In this document: piece by piece, positions 19,589-29,894 of the stretch
How positions within the stretch are numbered: the first letter of the stretch is position 1
Layout of the letters: each line of letters begins with the position of its first letter
Source: an uncultured Desulfobacterales bacterium
GTDB lineage: Bacteria; Desulfobacterota; Desulfobacteria; Desulfobacterales; JAFDDL01
NCBI GenBank assembly: GCA_964407825.1
Contig: CAYOXD010000004.1
Location: 2,784 to 66,783 of the forward strand
Direction of reading: 5' to 3'
DNA: 64,000 bases
The notes under the pieces: generated by a model
Told to the model about the DNA's origin: nothing
The model's input: the letters and a program-made list of their open reading frames with translations, nothing else
Database searches by the model: none
Program-made: the position numbers and the translations under genes

Positions 19589-20953
19589 ATGCCGATATTG
19601 GAAAGATGTCATATCCCCGCGGGTGCAAGCTACGTCTCGCAGGCTAAGCCCCTGGTGGTGAACGCCGCATTGGGAACCTGCGTCGGGGCTGCGCTGTTCG
19701 ACCTGGAAAACCGCGTGGGAGGGCTGATCCATCTACTGCTGCCCGAGCCGGTTACCTCGACGGGAGAGTTGTATCCTGAAAAATATGCCAGTACCGCGCT
19801 GCCGATTTTTATCCGATCCCTTCTGAGCCATGGGGCAGTCATTGAAAACCTTCAGGCGGTGATCGCCGGTGGCGCTTTGGTGGGCCCCCTGATGGCGCAG
19901 GACCTGTCGCTGGACATCGGCGGGAGAACCACCGAAATCACCCAGAGAATCCTGCAAAAGGCCGGCATTCCCATCGTCAAATCAGAGACGGGTGGTTTTT
20001 TCACCTGTCGGCTGAGCTTGAATCTATTGAACTTTGAGGCGGAAATCGAACCACTTTTCATGGAGCCAGCTTCCAGCCCTGACAGAACACAGGTTCCCTC
20101 CCTTCGACAGATCACCCAGGCCATGGATCGCATCGTTCCCATCCCCCAGGTGGCTTTAAAAATTTTGCGGCTGGTGGACGAAGACGAATACAGCCTGGAT
20201 GCCATCGCCGAGGAGGTCAGAAAAGACCAGGTTATCAGCGCTAAAACCCTTCAACTGGCCAATTCCGCGCTATTCTTCAGGGGGGTCCCCATCGAGACCC
20301 TGGACGACGCCCTGTTTCTCCTGGGCCAGGACTTTCTGGTACAACTGGTGGTATCAGCGGCGGTAAAGGGGTTTTTCGATATAAAGGGACATGGATACTC
20401 CCTGTGCAAGGGCGGTCTCTTCCATCATTCCCTCGCAACGGCTCAGATGGCTGCCATCCTCGCCGCCAAGACAGAAAAGATTTCCGGCGCGCTGGCCTAT
20501 ACGGCGGGACTTCTCCATGACATCGGAAAGGTCGTTTTGGATCAGTTTATCAGTGCCACCTATCCCCTCTTCTATCGCAATCTGAGCAATCCGGAAAAAA
20601 GCGTTCTCACAGCCGAGCAGGAAATTTTGGGAATCACGCACACCCAGATAGGCTTTTTGCTGGCAAAGCGCTGGAATTTCCCGGCATCGTTGGTCCACGC
20701 CATCCAGTACCATCACGAGCCGGAAAGGGAGACTGACTACTCGGAATTGACCCATATTCTGCACGTGTCCGATCTCATCATCAGCCGTTTTCATCCGGGC
20801 CTGGAATTAGAACGGATGGACGGCCGACACCTGGACGCCCGGCTGCGACGGATCGGCCTGTCCACCGACATACTGCCCCAGATGGTGGACGCGCTTCCCG
20901 CCGGCATTTTTCGAAGTCTGTCCAATACCTCCCAAGAGGTCGGATTCTCCTGA
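19589..20953 (+). CDS. CheD-like deamidase domain fused to an HDOD domain
   Basis: N-terminal VVNAALGTCVGAALFD...GGLIHLLLPEP (CheD catalytic Cys/His context). C-terminal PIPQVALKILRLVDEDEYSLDAIAEEVRKDQVISAKTLQLANSA...LLHDIGK...HHE (HDOD). Confidence 0.75.
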   Translation: MPILERCHIPAGASYVSQAKPLVVNAALGTCVGAALFDLENRVGGLIHLLLPEPVTSTGELYPEKYASTALPIFIRSLLSHGAVIENLQAVIAGGALVGPLMAQDLSLDIGGRTTEITQRILQKAGIPIVKSETGGFFTCRLSLNLLNFEAEIEPLFMEPASSPDRTQVPSLRQITQAMDRIVPIPQVALKILRLVDEDEYSLDAIAEEVRKDQVISAKTLQLANSALFFRGVPIETLDDALFLLGQDFLVQLVVSAAVKGFFDIKGHGYSLCKGGLFHHSLATAQMAAILAAKTEKISGALAYTAGLLHDIGKVVLDQFISATYPLFYRNLSNPEKSVLTAEQEILGITHTQIGFLLAKRWNFPASLVHAIQYHHEPERETDYSELTHILHVSDLIISRFHPGLELERMDGRHLDARLRRIGLSTDILPQMVDALPAGIFRSLSNTSQEVGFS

Positions 20954-22428
20954 TGTCTTCCCTGAGTGAACAACAACAGCATGCCCTGAAATCCATCCCT
21001 GGGGTCGACCGTCTGCTGGAGCTGGCCAGGAGGAAAATTCCGCCCGCCAGCCTCGTCCCCCGGCGCATCCTGGTCCAGGCCATACGGGAGACCCTGGAGG
21101 GGGCCAGATCGCTCATCCTGAGCAATTTCACGTCAGAGGCGGAGCCGGAAGCGCTTCCGGATTTGGACGAAACGATCCTGCTCGGCCTGGTGCTGAAGCG
21201 GGTGAAACAGGCCCTTGCGCCCAACCTCCGTCGGGTGATCAACGCCACTGGTGTTGTGGTCCACACCAACCTGGGCCGCTCGCCCCTTGCCAGGGCGGCC
21301 CTGGACCACATGAACACAATCGCCAGCGGCTATTCCAACCTGGAATTCGACCTGGACCGGGGCACCCGCGGCTCACGATACAGTGCAGTGGAAACGCTCC
21401 TTTGCGAATTGAGCGGTGCACCCGCGGCCATGGTGGTGAACAACAACGCGGCGGCGGTTCTCCTTTGCCTCAATACCCTTGCCCGGGGCCGGCAGGTGGT
21501 GGTCTCCAGGGGCGAGTTGGTGGAGATCGGCGGCGCCTTTCGGGTGCCGGACGTCATGGCCAAGAGCGGCGCGATCCTCAAGGAGGTGGGCACCACCAAC
21601 AGGACTCACCTCAGGGACTATGAGGCGGCCATCGGACCGGACACGGGACTCCTTCTGAAGGTGCATACCAGCAATTTCAGCGTGGTGGGCTTTACGGCCG
21701 CCGTGACGCTCAAGGACCTGGCCGACCTCGGCAAAGCCCGCCGCATTCCGGTGATGGAGGACCTCGGCAGTGGCAGCTTCATCGACTTTTCCAGATACGG
21801 GCTCCCCGGCAGGGAGCCGACTGCCGGCGAATCGGTAGCCGCCGGCGCGGACCTGGTCACCTTCAGCGGCGACAAACTGCTGGGCGGCCCCCAGGCCGGC
21901 ATCATCCTGGGAAAGGCCTTCCTCATCGAGGCAATCCGGCAAAACTCCCTCACCCGCGCCCTTCGGATCGACAAGTTGACCCTGACCGCCCTGGAAGCCA
22001 CCCTGCGTCTCTACCGGGATGAGCGCATGGCAATCGCTGAAATTCCAACCCTCCGGATGTTGACCCAGCCCTTGGGGCAAGTGGAGGCCCGGGCCCATTC
22101 TTTGGCCGGAGCCCTGAACGCTCTGGAGGATTCCCGGCTCACGGTTGACCTGCTGAACGGCGCCTCCAAGGCAGGCGGAGGAGCCCTTCCGCTGATGGAG
22201 CTGCCTACCGTCTGTGTCGGTGTCCGGGTGAAGGGACTGCCGGTCAAGGCCCTGGAGGAGGCGATGCGCCGGCACAGGCCACCGATCATTGGACGAATCG
22301 AAGCAGACACGTTTCTGATGGACCCACGGACTCTCCAGGAGCAGGACATCCCTCTGGTGGAGCAGGCCGTTCAAACCCTTCTGAGTTCCCTTGGACAGGA
22401 AATGGACCATGACCCCCAAAACACCTGA
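20953..22428 (+). CDS. selA: L-seryl-tRNA(Sec) selenium transferase
   Basis: RVINATGVVVHTNLGRSPL...FSGDKLLGGPQAG (PLP lysine context). Confidence 0.9.
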   Translation: MSSLSEQQQHALKSIPGVDRLLELARRKIPPASLVPRRILVQAIRETLEGARSLILSNFTSEAEPEALPDLDETILLGLVLKRVKQALAPNLRRVINATGVVVHTNLGRSPLARAALDHMNTIASGYSNLEFDLDRGTRGSRYSAVETLLCELSGAPAAMVVNNNAAAVLLCLNTLARGRQVVVSRGELVEIGGAFRVPDVMAKSGAILKEVGTTNRTHLRDYEAAIGPDTGLLLKVHTSNFSVVGFTAAVTLKDLADLGKARRIPVMEDLGSGSFIDFSRYGLPGREPTAGESVAAGADLVTFSGDKLLGGPQAGIILGKAFLIEAIRQNSLTRALRIDKLTLTALEATLRLYRDERMAIAEIPTLRMLTQPLGQVEARAHSLAGALNALEDSRLTVDLLNGASKAGGGALPLMELPTVCVGVRVKGLPVKALEEAMRRHRPPIIGRIEADTFLMDPRTLQEQDIPLVEQAVQTLLSSLGQEMDHDPQNT

Positions 22429-23761
22429 ATTGTACCATAACATCAGCACCGAGAATCAATTTCTACTGTCCAGCACGGACTGCCCTCAGTGCGGTCGGCC
22501 TGACCGGGAGCTCGGAGGCCCGCCCGCGGGCGCCCTCGATCGAGATCTGATCCTGGCGTCCTTCCCGGAGGTGCAAACGGGATCCCTGCTTCTCACCCGC
22601 TCCCTTGAGAAGCTGGACGCGGAGGATCTTTTCAGCATTATGGTGGTGCGCAGCGATCCCGCCCAGCCCCCGGAAACCGAAAATGACGCCGGTGGCCTGG
22701 ACATTGCCAGGGCCATCGAAACCGTCTGCGCCGAAGAGACGGGCTGGTGGGGAATCGTCGAACCCGATCTCTTTGTCTGCTTTTTCCCGGAACGTCATGA
22801 CCCCGTCTGCGGCCAGACAGCCGAACGGCTCCAAAAGTGCATCCGGGATGCCGGTCGCGCCACGGTCTCAGTGGGAATCGCCTCCTTCCCGACGGCCGGA
22901 TTCGCCAGGGACGAGACTTTGGCCAATGCCTACAAGGCCCTGGACCACGCCGCCTTTTTCGGCCCTGACAGCCAGATGATCTTCGATGATGTCAGCTTGA
23001 ATATCAGCGGGGATCATCTCTTTCAAAAGGGGGATATCGCTGGCGCCATGGCGGAATTTACGGCGGCTGTGGAGATGGAGCCGGGCAACGTGAACGTCCG
23101 CAACAGCCTTGGGGTCTGCCACAGCCTCCTGGGGCAGTTCCATCAAGCCATAGACGCCTTTGAAACCGTGCTTCGGCTGGCGCCGGCGGAATTCATGGCC
23201 CATTACAACCTGGGACTCGTGCACCTGCTCATGGAAAACCGGGCCGAGGCCCTGGAACATCTCCTGGAAGCCTCTCGGCTCGATGGAGATGTCTATGAGG
23301 TGGCGCTGCAAACGGCGAAGGTATACCTGGAGATGGAGCAACCCGAAAACGGGCTCGCGCATATCCAAACCGCCATCCAGCTGAAACCCACGGCCCTTGC
23401 CTACCGGCTCTCGGCGGATGCCTATACCGCCCTCGGCCGCACGGACGAGGCCATTGACGCCTATCGCCAGGCCATCAAGCAGAATCCCAACGATGCGGCC
23501 GCCCTGTCCTCCCTGGGACTTCTCTTTGCGGACCGGGGGGAGAACGCCGAAATTTCGCTGATTTTCTGTGAGAAGAGCGTTGAAATAGCGCCCGATGAGG
23601 GCAAGTACCGGCACCAGCTGGGAAGGCTTTATTTCATGCAGAACCGGCTGGATGAGGCACTCGATGCGTTCAGGCAGGCCGAGGACCGGGGATTCGATTC
23701 CGGCGCATATATCGACCAGATCGAAGCACGCCAGCGACCACCCGAGGATCAGGCCTGTTGA
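22391..23761 (+). CDS. Degenerate GGDEF-like domain protein with C-terminal TPR repeats
   Basis: N-terminal CPQCG, then FSIMVV...DLFVCFFPE...VSVGIASFP...ANAYKALDHAAFFG (cyclase-like fold, with no GGDEF/GGEEF signature seen), then about 6 TPR units. The start is ambiguous (22391 or 22409). Confidence 0.65.
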   Translation: MDRKWTMTPKTPELYHNISTENQFLLSSTDCPQCGRPDRELGGPPAGALDRDLILASFPEVQTGSLLLTRSLEKLDAEDLFSIMVVRSDPAQPPETENDAGGLDIARAIETVCAEETGWWGIVEPDLFVCFFPERHDPVCGQTAERLQKCIRDAGRATVSVGIASFPTAGFARDETLANAYKALDHAAFFGPDSQMIFDDVSLNISGDHLFQKGDIAGAMAEFTAAVEMEPGNVNVRNSLGVCHSLLGQFHQAIDAFETVLRLAPAEFMAHYNLGLVHLLMENRAEALEHLLEASRLDGDVYEVALQTAKVYLEMEQPENGLAHIQTAIQLKPTALAYRLSADAYTALGRTDEAIDAYRQAIKQNPNDAAALSSLGLLFADRGENAEISLIFCEKSVEIAPDEGKYRHQLGRLYFMQNRLDEALDAFRQAEDRGFDSGAYIDQIEARQRPPEDQAC

Positions 23762-23918
23762 AGCCCCTTTTTACCAATAATTCTCGGCGAAAAATCCGGT
23801 GCGGAAATAAAAGGCCGTTCACCGAAAATTGCTACTTTTTGCGGTTGATTTTGCACTCCGGATGGTTATGATGGTAAGATCATAACCGGTGAAAGTGCCA
23901 TTACGGGAGTAGAACCAT

Positions 23919-24149
23919 ATGCCTATTTATGAATACCACTGCGAGGTCTGTGATCAGAACTTTGAATGTCTGGTTCTGGGCAGCGATATCCCCACCTGCC
24001 CCAAATGCAACGGGGAAAACGTCAACCGACTCATGTCCATCTGCGGCTTTGTGAGCAAAACCGGCAGCGGCGAAACCGCCACCCGCTCGGCCGGCACCTC
24101 CGGCTGCGGCGGATGCGCCGCCACCAACTGCGGAAGCTGCGGCCATTGA
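23919..24149 (+). CDS. FmdB-family zinc-ribbon protein
   Basis: MPIYEYHCEVCDQNFE...CPKCNG plus a Cys/Gly-rich tail. Confidence 0.8.
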   Translation: MPIYEYHCEVCDQNFECLVLGSDIPTCPKCNGENVNRLMSICGFVSKTGSGETATRSAGTSGCGGCAATNCGSCGH

Positions 24150-25123
24150 TGCCGGCCCGCCTACGAATCGGCACCCGGGGCAGTCAGCTAGCCCTGTGGC
24201 AGGCCAACTGGGTGAAGGATGCCCTCCTTCGACACCACCCCGGCCTCGCGGTGGAACTCGTCATCATCAAGACCAAGGGCGACATCATCCAGGATGTGCC
24301 GCTGGCCAGGATCGGCAGCAGCGCCCTTTTCGTCAAGGAGATTGAAGCCTGTCTCCTCAACGACACCGTGGATGTGGCCGTTCACAGCATGAAGGATATG
24401 CCCTCCCTCCTGGGCGAAGGGCTGGCCATCGCCGCCGTGCCGGTGCGCGAGGACCCGCGGGATGTCCTTATCTCAAAGGATGCCAAAGGCTTCTTCGAGC
24501 TGCCCCCAGGTGCCAGGATCGGCACCAGCAGCCTTCGCAGGGGCGCTCAGCTGATGCATGCGAGGAAGGATATCGAGCTGGTCTCCATTCGTGGCAACCT
24601 GGATACGCGGATCAGAAAACTCCACACCGACGCCCTGGATGCCATCGTGGTGGCGGCTGCAGGCGTCAGACGCCTCGGACTTTCCGGGCACATCACGGAA
24701 ACCATCACGCCAGAGCTGATGCTGCCCGCCGTGGGGCAGGGGGCCCTGTGTATCGAGGTGCGCGGAAACGACGAACGGAGCAGGGAGACGGTATCGGTTC
24801 TCGATGACCCACCCACCCGGAGGGTGGTCACGGCTGAGCGTGCGTTTCTGGGACAGCTGGGCGGCACCTGCCAGGTGCCCCTTGCGTCCCACGGTCGGAT
24901 CGAGGAAGGCACCCTGACCCTGGACGGCCTGGCGGCCTCTCTGGACGGCCGAAAGGTCCTGCGGGACCAGGTCGCCGGCCCCGTCGAAGAGGCGGAGACC
25001 ATCGGCATCCGTCTGGCCAGTCGCCTGGCCGGCTTGGGTGCCCTGGACATATTGAAGGACATCTTACCACCGGAGCAGTTTGAAGCGGTTGAGATTCGGA
25101 TCGGTACAAAAAATGTTGGGTAA
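24149..25123 (+). CDS. hemC: Hydroxymethylbilane synthase
   Basis: LRIGTRGSQLALWQA...IKTKGD...SSLRR. The ATGA overlap with the upstream stop defines the start. The 5' extension in ORF 23966 is spurious. Confidence 0.9.
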   Translation: MPARLRIGTRGSQLALWQANWVKDALLRHHPGLAVELVIIKTKGDIIQDVPLARIGSSALFVKEIEACLLNDTVDVAVHSMKDMPSLLGEGLAIAAVPVREDPRDVLISKDAKGFFELPPGARIGTSSLRRGAQLMHARKDIELVSIRGNLDTRIRKLHTDALDAIVVAAAGVRRLGLSGHITETITPELMLPAVGQGALCIEVRGNDERSRETVSVLDDPPTRRVVTAERAFLGQLGGTCQVPLASHGRIEEGTLTLDGLAASLDGRKVLRDQVAGPVEEAETIGIRLASRLAGLGALDILKDILPPEQFEAVEIRIGTKNVG

Positions 25124-26654
25124 AGTCTATCTCGTGGGTGCGGGTCCCGGCGACCCGGGACTCATTACGGTCAAGGGCCGTCAGTGCATCGAAAAGGCCG
25201 ATGTGGTGATCTACGATTATCTGGCCGCCCCCTTTCTTCTGACATACGCTCCTGAGACGGCGGAGCGGATCTACGTAGGGAAAAAGGGCGGGGACCACAC
25301 CCTCTCCCAGGAGGGAATCAACGAGCTGATCATGCAGAAGGCCGCCGCAGGCGCCACGGTCACCCGGCTCAAGGGGGGCGACCCCACCATCTTCGGCAGG
25401 GGAGGCGAGGAGGCTCAGGTGCTGGCGGAAAGGGGCATCCCCTTTGAAATCGTGCCAGGCATCACCTCCGCCATCGCCGCGGCCGCCTACGCCGGCATTC
25501 CCCTCACCCACCGGGATTACACTTCGACCCTGGCCTTTGTAACAGGGCACGAAAACCCGGAAAAGGATACCTCCAGCATCGACTGGGCCGCCCTGGCCAG
25601 GGGCATCGGCACCCTCGTGTTCTTCATGGGCGTCAAGAACCTGCCCCAGATCACCCGGCGCCTCATGGAAAACGGCAAACCGGCCGATACGCCGGTGGCC
25701 CTGGTGCGCTGGGGGACCACCGCCCGGCAGAGAACGGTCACCGGCACCCTGGAGACCATCGTGGAGGCTGTTGCGCAGGCGAAGCTCTCGGCGCCGGCCA
25801 TCACTATCGTAGGGGATGTGGTGGGACTGCGAGGCAGCCTGGCATGGTTCGAAAACCGGCCACTCTTCGGAAAGACCATCGTGGTGACGCGCTCCAGGGA
25901 GCAGGCCAGCGATCTGGTCCAGCGCCTCACCGATCTGGGCGCCGAGTGCCTGGAGTGTCCGACCATCAAGATCGCGCCCCCCGAGGACGCGGCTCCCCTG
26001 GAGGCCGCCCTGGACCGCCTTGCCGAGTATGACTGGCTGGTGTTCACAAGCGTGAACGGCGTCAAACGCTTCTTCGAGCGTTTATTTGAAAGCGGCAGGG
26101 ATGCCCGGGCCCTGGGATCACTCCGCACGGCGGCCATCGGACCGGCCACGGCCCAGTGCCTTCTGGCCCACGGTATCCGAACCGATATCCTTCCGGCCAG
26201 CTACCGTGCGGAATCGGTCATCGAGGCCTTCTCCGAACGGGACATGAGGGGGAAGCGGATCCTTCTTCCCAGGGCACTGGAGGCAAGGCCCATCCTACCC
26301 GTGGAGCTGCGCCGAATGGGCGCCCGGGTGGATGAGGTGGCGGTCTACCGCACCCTTCAGGACCGGCGGAACGCCGCCGATCTTCTGGACCGCCTGAAAG
26401 CGGGTACCATAGATCTCATCACCTTCACCAGCTCCTCCACGGCCCGAAATTTCAAGGCCATGATCCCCAAGGACGAGTTTGCCGGTCTTGTCTCCGGGAC
26501 GACCATCGCGGCCATCGGCCCCATCACCGCCGAGACCGCCGAAACGTTGGGGATGCCCGCTCGGATCGTTGCACCGGCCTATACCATCGACGGGCTCTGT
26601 GATGCGATTCTGGCGTATTATGCGGACAGGAGCAGGGATGATGGGCCCCACTGA
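25113..26654 (+). CDS. Uroporphyrinogen-III C-methyltransferase / uroporphyrinogen-III synthase fusion
   Basis: VYLVGAGPGDPGLITVKG...RLKGGDP (SUMT), followed by a HemD-like half (TIVVTRSREQASDL...FTSSST). Confidence 0.9.
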   Translation: MLGKVYLVGAGPGDPGLITVKGRQCIEKADVVIYDYLAAPFLLTYAPETAERIYVGKKGGDHTLSQEGINELIMQKAAAGATVTRLKGGDPTIFGRGGEEAQVLAERGIPFEIVPGITSAIAAAAYAGIPLTHRDYTSTLAFVTGHENPEKDTSSIDWAALARGIGTLVFFMGVKNLPQITRRLMENGKPADTPVALVRWGTTARQRTVTGTLETIVEAVAQAKLSAPAITIVGDVVGLRGSLAWFENRPLFGKTIVVTRSREQASDLVQRLTDLGAECLECPTIKIAPPEDAAPLEAALDRLAEYDWLVFTSVNGVKRFFERLFESGRDARALGSLRTAAIGPATAQCLLAHGIRTDILPASYRAESVIEAFSERDMRGKRILLPRALEARPILPVELRRMGARVDEVAVYRTLQDRRNAADLLDRLKAGTIDLITFTSSSTARNFKAMIPKDEFAGLVSGTTIAAIGPITAETAETLGMPARIVAPAYTIDGLCDAILAYYADRSRDDGPH

Positions 26655-27654
26655 ACAGCATCCATCCGGCTCGAAACTGATCGACAAGTATGATCGATGC
26701 CTGAACTATATGCGCATCTCCATTACGGATCAGTGCAACCTCAAGTGCATCTACTGCGACCCCTTCGCCCGAACCCCCAAGCTGACCCATGACGATATCC
26801 TGCGCTATGAGGAAATCCTGCGCCTGGTGCGGATCGGGGCGACCCTCGGCCTCTCCAAGGTACGGGTCACCGGCGGAGAACCCCTGGCCCGCAAGGGCGT
26901 TTACCATTTTCTGGATCAGCTGACCACTATTGAGCCGATCAGGGACGTCTCCCTGACCACCAACGCCGTCCTTCTGAAGGACAACCTGGAGAAAATAAGA
27001 TCTGCCGGGATCAAACGGATCAACATCAGTCTCGACAGCCTGAAGCGCGAAAAAGTCCAGCGAATCACCGGCCGGGATGCGTTTTCAGAGGTCTGGGAAG
27101 CCATTATGGGGGCCCATGACATGGGGTTCGCCCCCATCAAGATCAACATGGTGCCCCTTCGGGGCATCAACGACGACGAGCTGGTGGACTTCGCCGAACT
27201 GTCTCTGAAGTACCCCTTTCATATCCGCTTTATCGAATACATGCCCATCGGCAAAACGATCGTGGGCAGCGGCCAGCAGATCCTGGCCGATGAAATCAAG
27301 ACCAAAATCGAATCCATCGGCCCGTTGCTGCCCGTTCAGGACGGCGCCCTCCAGGGGCCAGCGGTCCGGTACCGCTACCAGGGCGCTCCCGGCGAAATTG
27401 GACTGATCCGGCCTATCAGCCAGCATTTTTGCGGTTCCTGCAACCGACTGCGCCTCACTGCGAACGGTCAGCTCAGGGTGTGCCTCCTGTCCGACCTGCA
27501 GGTGGATCTCAAGACACCCATGCGCCAGGGACTGCTGGACGAGGACCTGAAGGCGCTCTTCCTCAAGGCCGTGGGTCTCAAGCCCATGAGCCACCGGCTC
27601 AATGACAGCTGCTCCGGCCAGCCGGCGGGGCAAATGTCGGCTATTGGGGGGTAA
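26638..27654 (+). CDS. moaA: GTP 3',8-cyclase (Moco biosynthesis)
   Basis: ISITDQCNLKCIYC radical-SAM cluster, GGEPL, and C-terminal CGSCNRLRLTANGQLRVCL. Confidence 0.9.
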   Translation: MMGPTEQHPSGSKLIDKYDRCLNYMRISITDQCNLKCIYCDPFARTPKLTHDDILRYEEILRLVRIGATLGLSKVRVTGGEPLARKGVYHFLDQLTTIEPIRDVSLTTNAVLLKDNLEKIRSAGIKRINISLDSLKREKVQRITGRDAFSEVWEAIMGAHDMGFAPIKINMVPLRGINDDELVDFAELSLKYPFHIRFIEYMPIGKTIVGSGQQILADEIKTKIESIGPLLPVQDGALQGPAVRYRYQGAPGEIGLIRPISQHFCGSCNRLRLTANGQLRVCLLSDLQVDLKTPMRQGLLDEDLKALFLKAVGLKPMSHRLNDSCSGQPAGQMSAIGG

Positions 27655-27786
27655 GAGGGGCCGTGACCGTTGAACAGAGGGCGCGGTGCGTGGGGGGGGC
27701 GCTCCGGCACGCCTCACCGGTCGATTCTCCGGGAATTGCTGATCGGCCGGGCGGAGATCCGGCATCAGTTATATAGGGCCTGGTTG

Positions 27787-28257
27787 TCAAGACCGCAGGG
27801 TCGCCACCAGCCGCAACGGATGGGTCAGAAGATCCAGGGCGGACTGGATACTGGTGCAAACCACATCCGCCGCCGAAACAGTGACCCCGGCTGCCCCCTC
27901 CTCCAGGATCACCGCAATGCCCAGAACCGCCGCCCTTAGCATTCGGTTGTCGTTCCGGCCGTTTCCGATGCAAACCGTATGGTGACTGCCCAGTCTTTCC
28001 ACCACAGTCAGCTTGCCCGCATCCTGGGCCTCCACAGGCAATACGGTGAGCTCACAGGGGATATCCTTCAATTCGTCCGCGGCCCGTCCGAAGGTGTCGG
28101 CCGTCAGCACCACCACCTGGAGGGTCTCCGACAACCGCTTCAGGCGCTCGGCCACCCCCGGCAGCAACCCGCCGTCGCAAGCCAACGTACCGTTAAAATC
28201 CAGGACCAGGTGACGTAGCGACAATCTCCCATATCCCGGGATGTCCACCTCTATCAT
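27787..28257 (-). CDS. HAD-superfamily hydrolase (soluble P-type-ATPase-like, COG4087-type)
   Basis: LVLDFNGTLA...VLTADTFG...IGNGRNDNRML. Start at MIEVDIPG. Confidence 0.7.
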   Translation of the reverse strand: MIEVDIPGYGRLSLRHLVLDFNGTLACDGGLLPGVAERLKRLSETLQVVVLTADTFGRAADELKDIPCELTVLPVEAQDAGKLTVVERLGSHHTVCIGNGRNDNRMLRAAVLGIAVILEEGAAGVTVSAADVVCTSIQSALDLLTHPLRLVATLRS

Positions 28258-28300
28258 GGTTCCTCCTCGCACAGCGTGTTCACCCAAAAACAATGGTTCG

Positions 28301-29188
28301 TCACAGGGCAAAGGGGGTCAGGCTCTCGTACCCCTCCTCCGTGACCAGAATCGTTTGCTCGAACTGCGCGGACAGGGAGCCGTCCCGGGTCACCGCCGTC
28401 CAGTGATCCTCCAGGACATAAAGCTCCTTGTTCCCCAAATTGATCATGGGCTCGATGGTAAACACCATGCCGGGCAGCAACCGTAAGCCGTCCCCCTTGC
28501 GCCCGAAATGGGGTATCTGTGGGGGTTCATGAAAATCGTTTCCCACCCCATGGCCCACGAACTCACGGACCACCGAGCAGCCCTCCCCCTCGGCATACCG
28601 CTGGATGGCCCACCCGATGTCTCCGATGGTGTTGCCCGGGCTGACCATCTCCATCCCCCGAACCAGGGACTGCCGAGCGACATCGACGATCTTTTCAGCA
28701 TCCACCCCAGGGGTTCCCACGAAGAACATCTTGGATGCATCCGCGTAGTAACCGTTCAGGATCGGGGTCACATCCACATTCACGATATCGCCGTCCCTCA
28801 GGACCCTTGAGCCCGGTATCCCGTGGCAGATCACCTCGTTCACCGATACACAAACGCTCTTGGGAAACCCACGATAGCCGAGGGGCGCCGGAACGGCACT
28901 GTGCTTGAGGGTATAGTCATGAACAAGGGTATTGATCGTCTCGGTGGTGATGCCGGGCTTGATGGCATCGGCCACCAGATCCAGGATTTCCAGAACGAGC
29001 CGACCAGCCTGGCGGATGCCGTCGATATCCCGCTCGCTCTTGAACCGGACCTGATATTTCTGGGTATAGACCTGCTTGATGACCTCCAGGGGAAGTTCCT
29101 TCTTGCCGAGGCAACACCTTTTGTATTTTCGCCCGCTGCCGCAGGGACAAGGCTCGTTTCGGCCGATCTTCTCTGCAAAAATCTTCAT
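28301..29188 (-). CDS. map: Type I methionine aminopeptidase with an N-terminal SEC-C zinc motif
   Basis: [16 protein letters not shown], then VCHGIP...DIVNVDV...GHGVG...FTIEP...EQT. Confidence 0.9.
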   Translation of the reverse strand: MKIFAEKIGRNEPCPCGSGRKYKRCCLGKKELPLEVIKQVYTQKYQVRFKSERDIDGIRQAGRLVLEILDLVADAIKPGITTETINTLVHDYTLKHSAVPAPLGYRGFPKSVCVSVNEVICHGIPGSRVLRDGDIVNVDVTPILNGYYADASKMFFVGTPGVDAEKIVDVARQSLVRGMEMVSPGNTIGDIGWAIQRYAEGEGCSVVREFVGHGVGNDFHEPPQIPHFGRKGDGLRLLPGMVFTIEPMINLGNKELYVLEDHWTAVTRDGSLSAQFEQTILVTEEGYESLTPFAL

Positions 29189-29465
29189 CTGTATCCTGTC
29201 TCAAGTAGCTGTCATGTCAGTGCCCGCGGCCCATGCCACCTTGGATGTCTCACTGGTACTACCGGGTTTAATTAAGAATATTCAATCTAAAAGCAACGGC
29301 TGAATCTGTCAAGAAAGAAACACCAGGGCCTGCCATTGGACGGGTGGGCAGTCCCGGGGAGCTTGTCAATCCAGACGTTCATGTTTACACTTATCGCACG
29401 GAAGCAGGACGTATCACCATCTTCAGTTCCTCGTAACTTTCGATAGAGGGAGGAGGGCTAGATAT

Positions 29466-29888
29466 ATGAAGGATAATAGTAATTTACACCAAAAAGTGCA
29501 GGAGATGTGTGATTGTTACACCACCACCGATCCCTTGCCGGAGATGGCCAGGCTGGCCGATGATACCGATCCCCAGGAGGCCGCAACCAAATGGCTCGCC
29601 CTGGCGGTCCTCCATGGCATCAATGCCGGGGCCAACAAGATTTCCCTTCGTCTGGACAGGAATGGCAGCGTCGAGGTGACGGCCCGGTACAACGAGGCGC
29701 AGCTGCCCTCCCCGGGTAAGGCCGTGGGAGAAAAGATCTTTGAATCCATCCGAGAGATCACCCATATCGAAGGGGAAAAGGGCAAGCTGAATTTGGCCCT
29801 GGGAGTTCGAGACAGCTCCGTCGATCTGAGGGTCAAATTGAAATCGGATGAAGAACGGAAAAAACTGACCATCGCCTTCCCGGATTGA
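29466..29888 (+). CDS. Hypothetical protein resembling a stand-alone GspE/PilB N-terminal (N2-like) domain
   Basis: GANKISLRLDRNGSVEVTARYNE...IFESIREITHIEGEKGKLNLALGVRDSSVDLRVKLKS follows the pattern GASDIHIEP..v.vR.RiDG...RiK.la.ld...GR......vDlRVs. It ends 7 nt before the helicase gene. Confidence 0.5.
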   Translation: MKDNSNLHQKVQEMCDCYTTTDPLPEMARLADDTDPQEAATKWLALAVLHGINAGANKISLRLDRNGSVEVTARYNEAQLPSPGKAVGEKIFESIREITHIEGEKGKLNLALGVRDSSVDLRVKLKSDEERKKLTIAFPD

Positions 29889-29894
29889 TTCAGG

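Noticed and set aside
23966-24148. 61-codon N-terminal extension of hemC in the ORF track
   Set aside because: The extension overlaps the FmdB zinc-ribbon gene in another frame and is Arg-rich nonsense. The conserved HemC N-terminus (LRIGTRGS) starts right after the ATG at 24149, which overlaps the fmdB stop.
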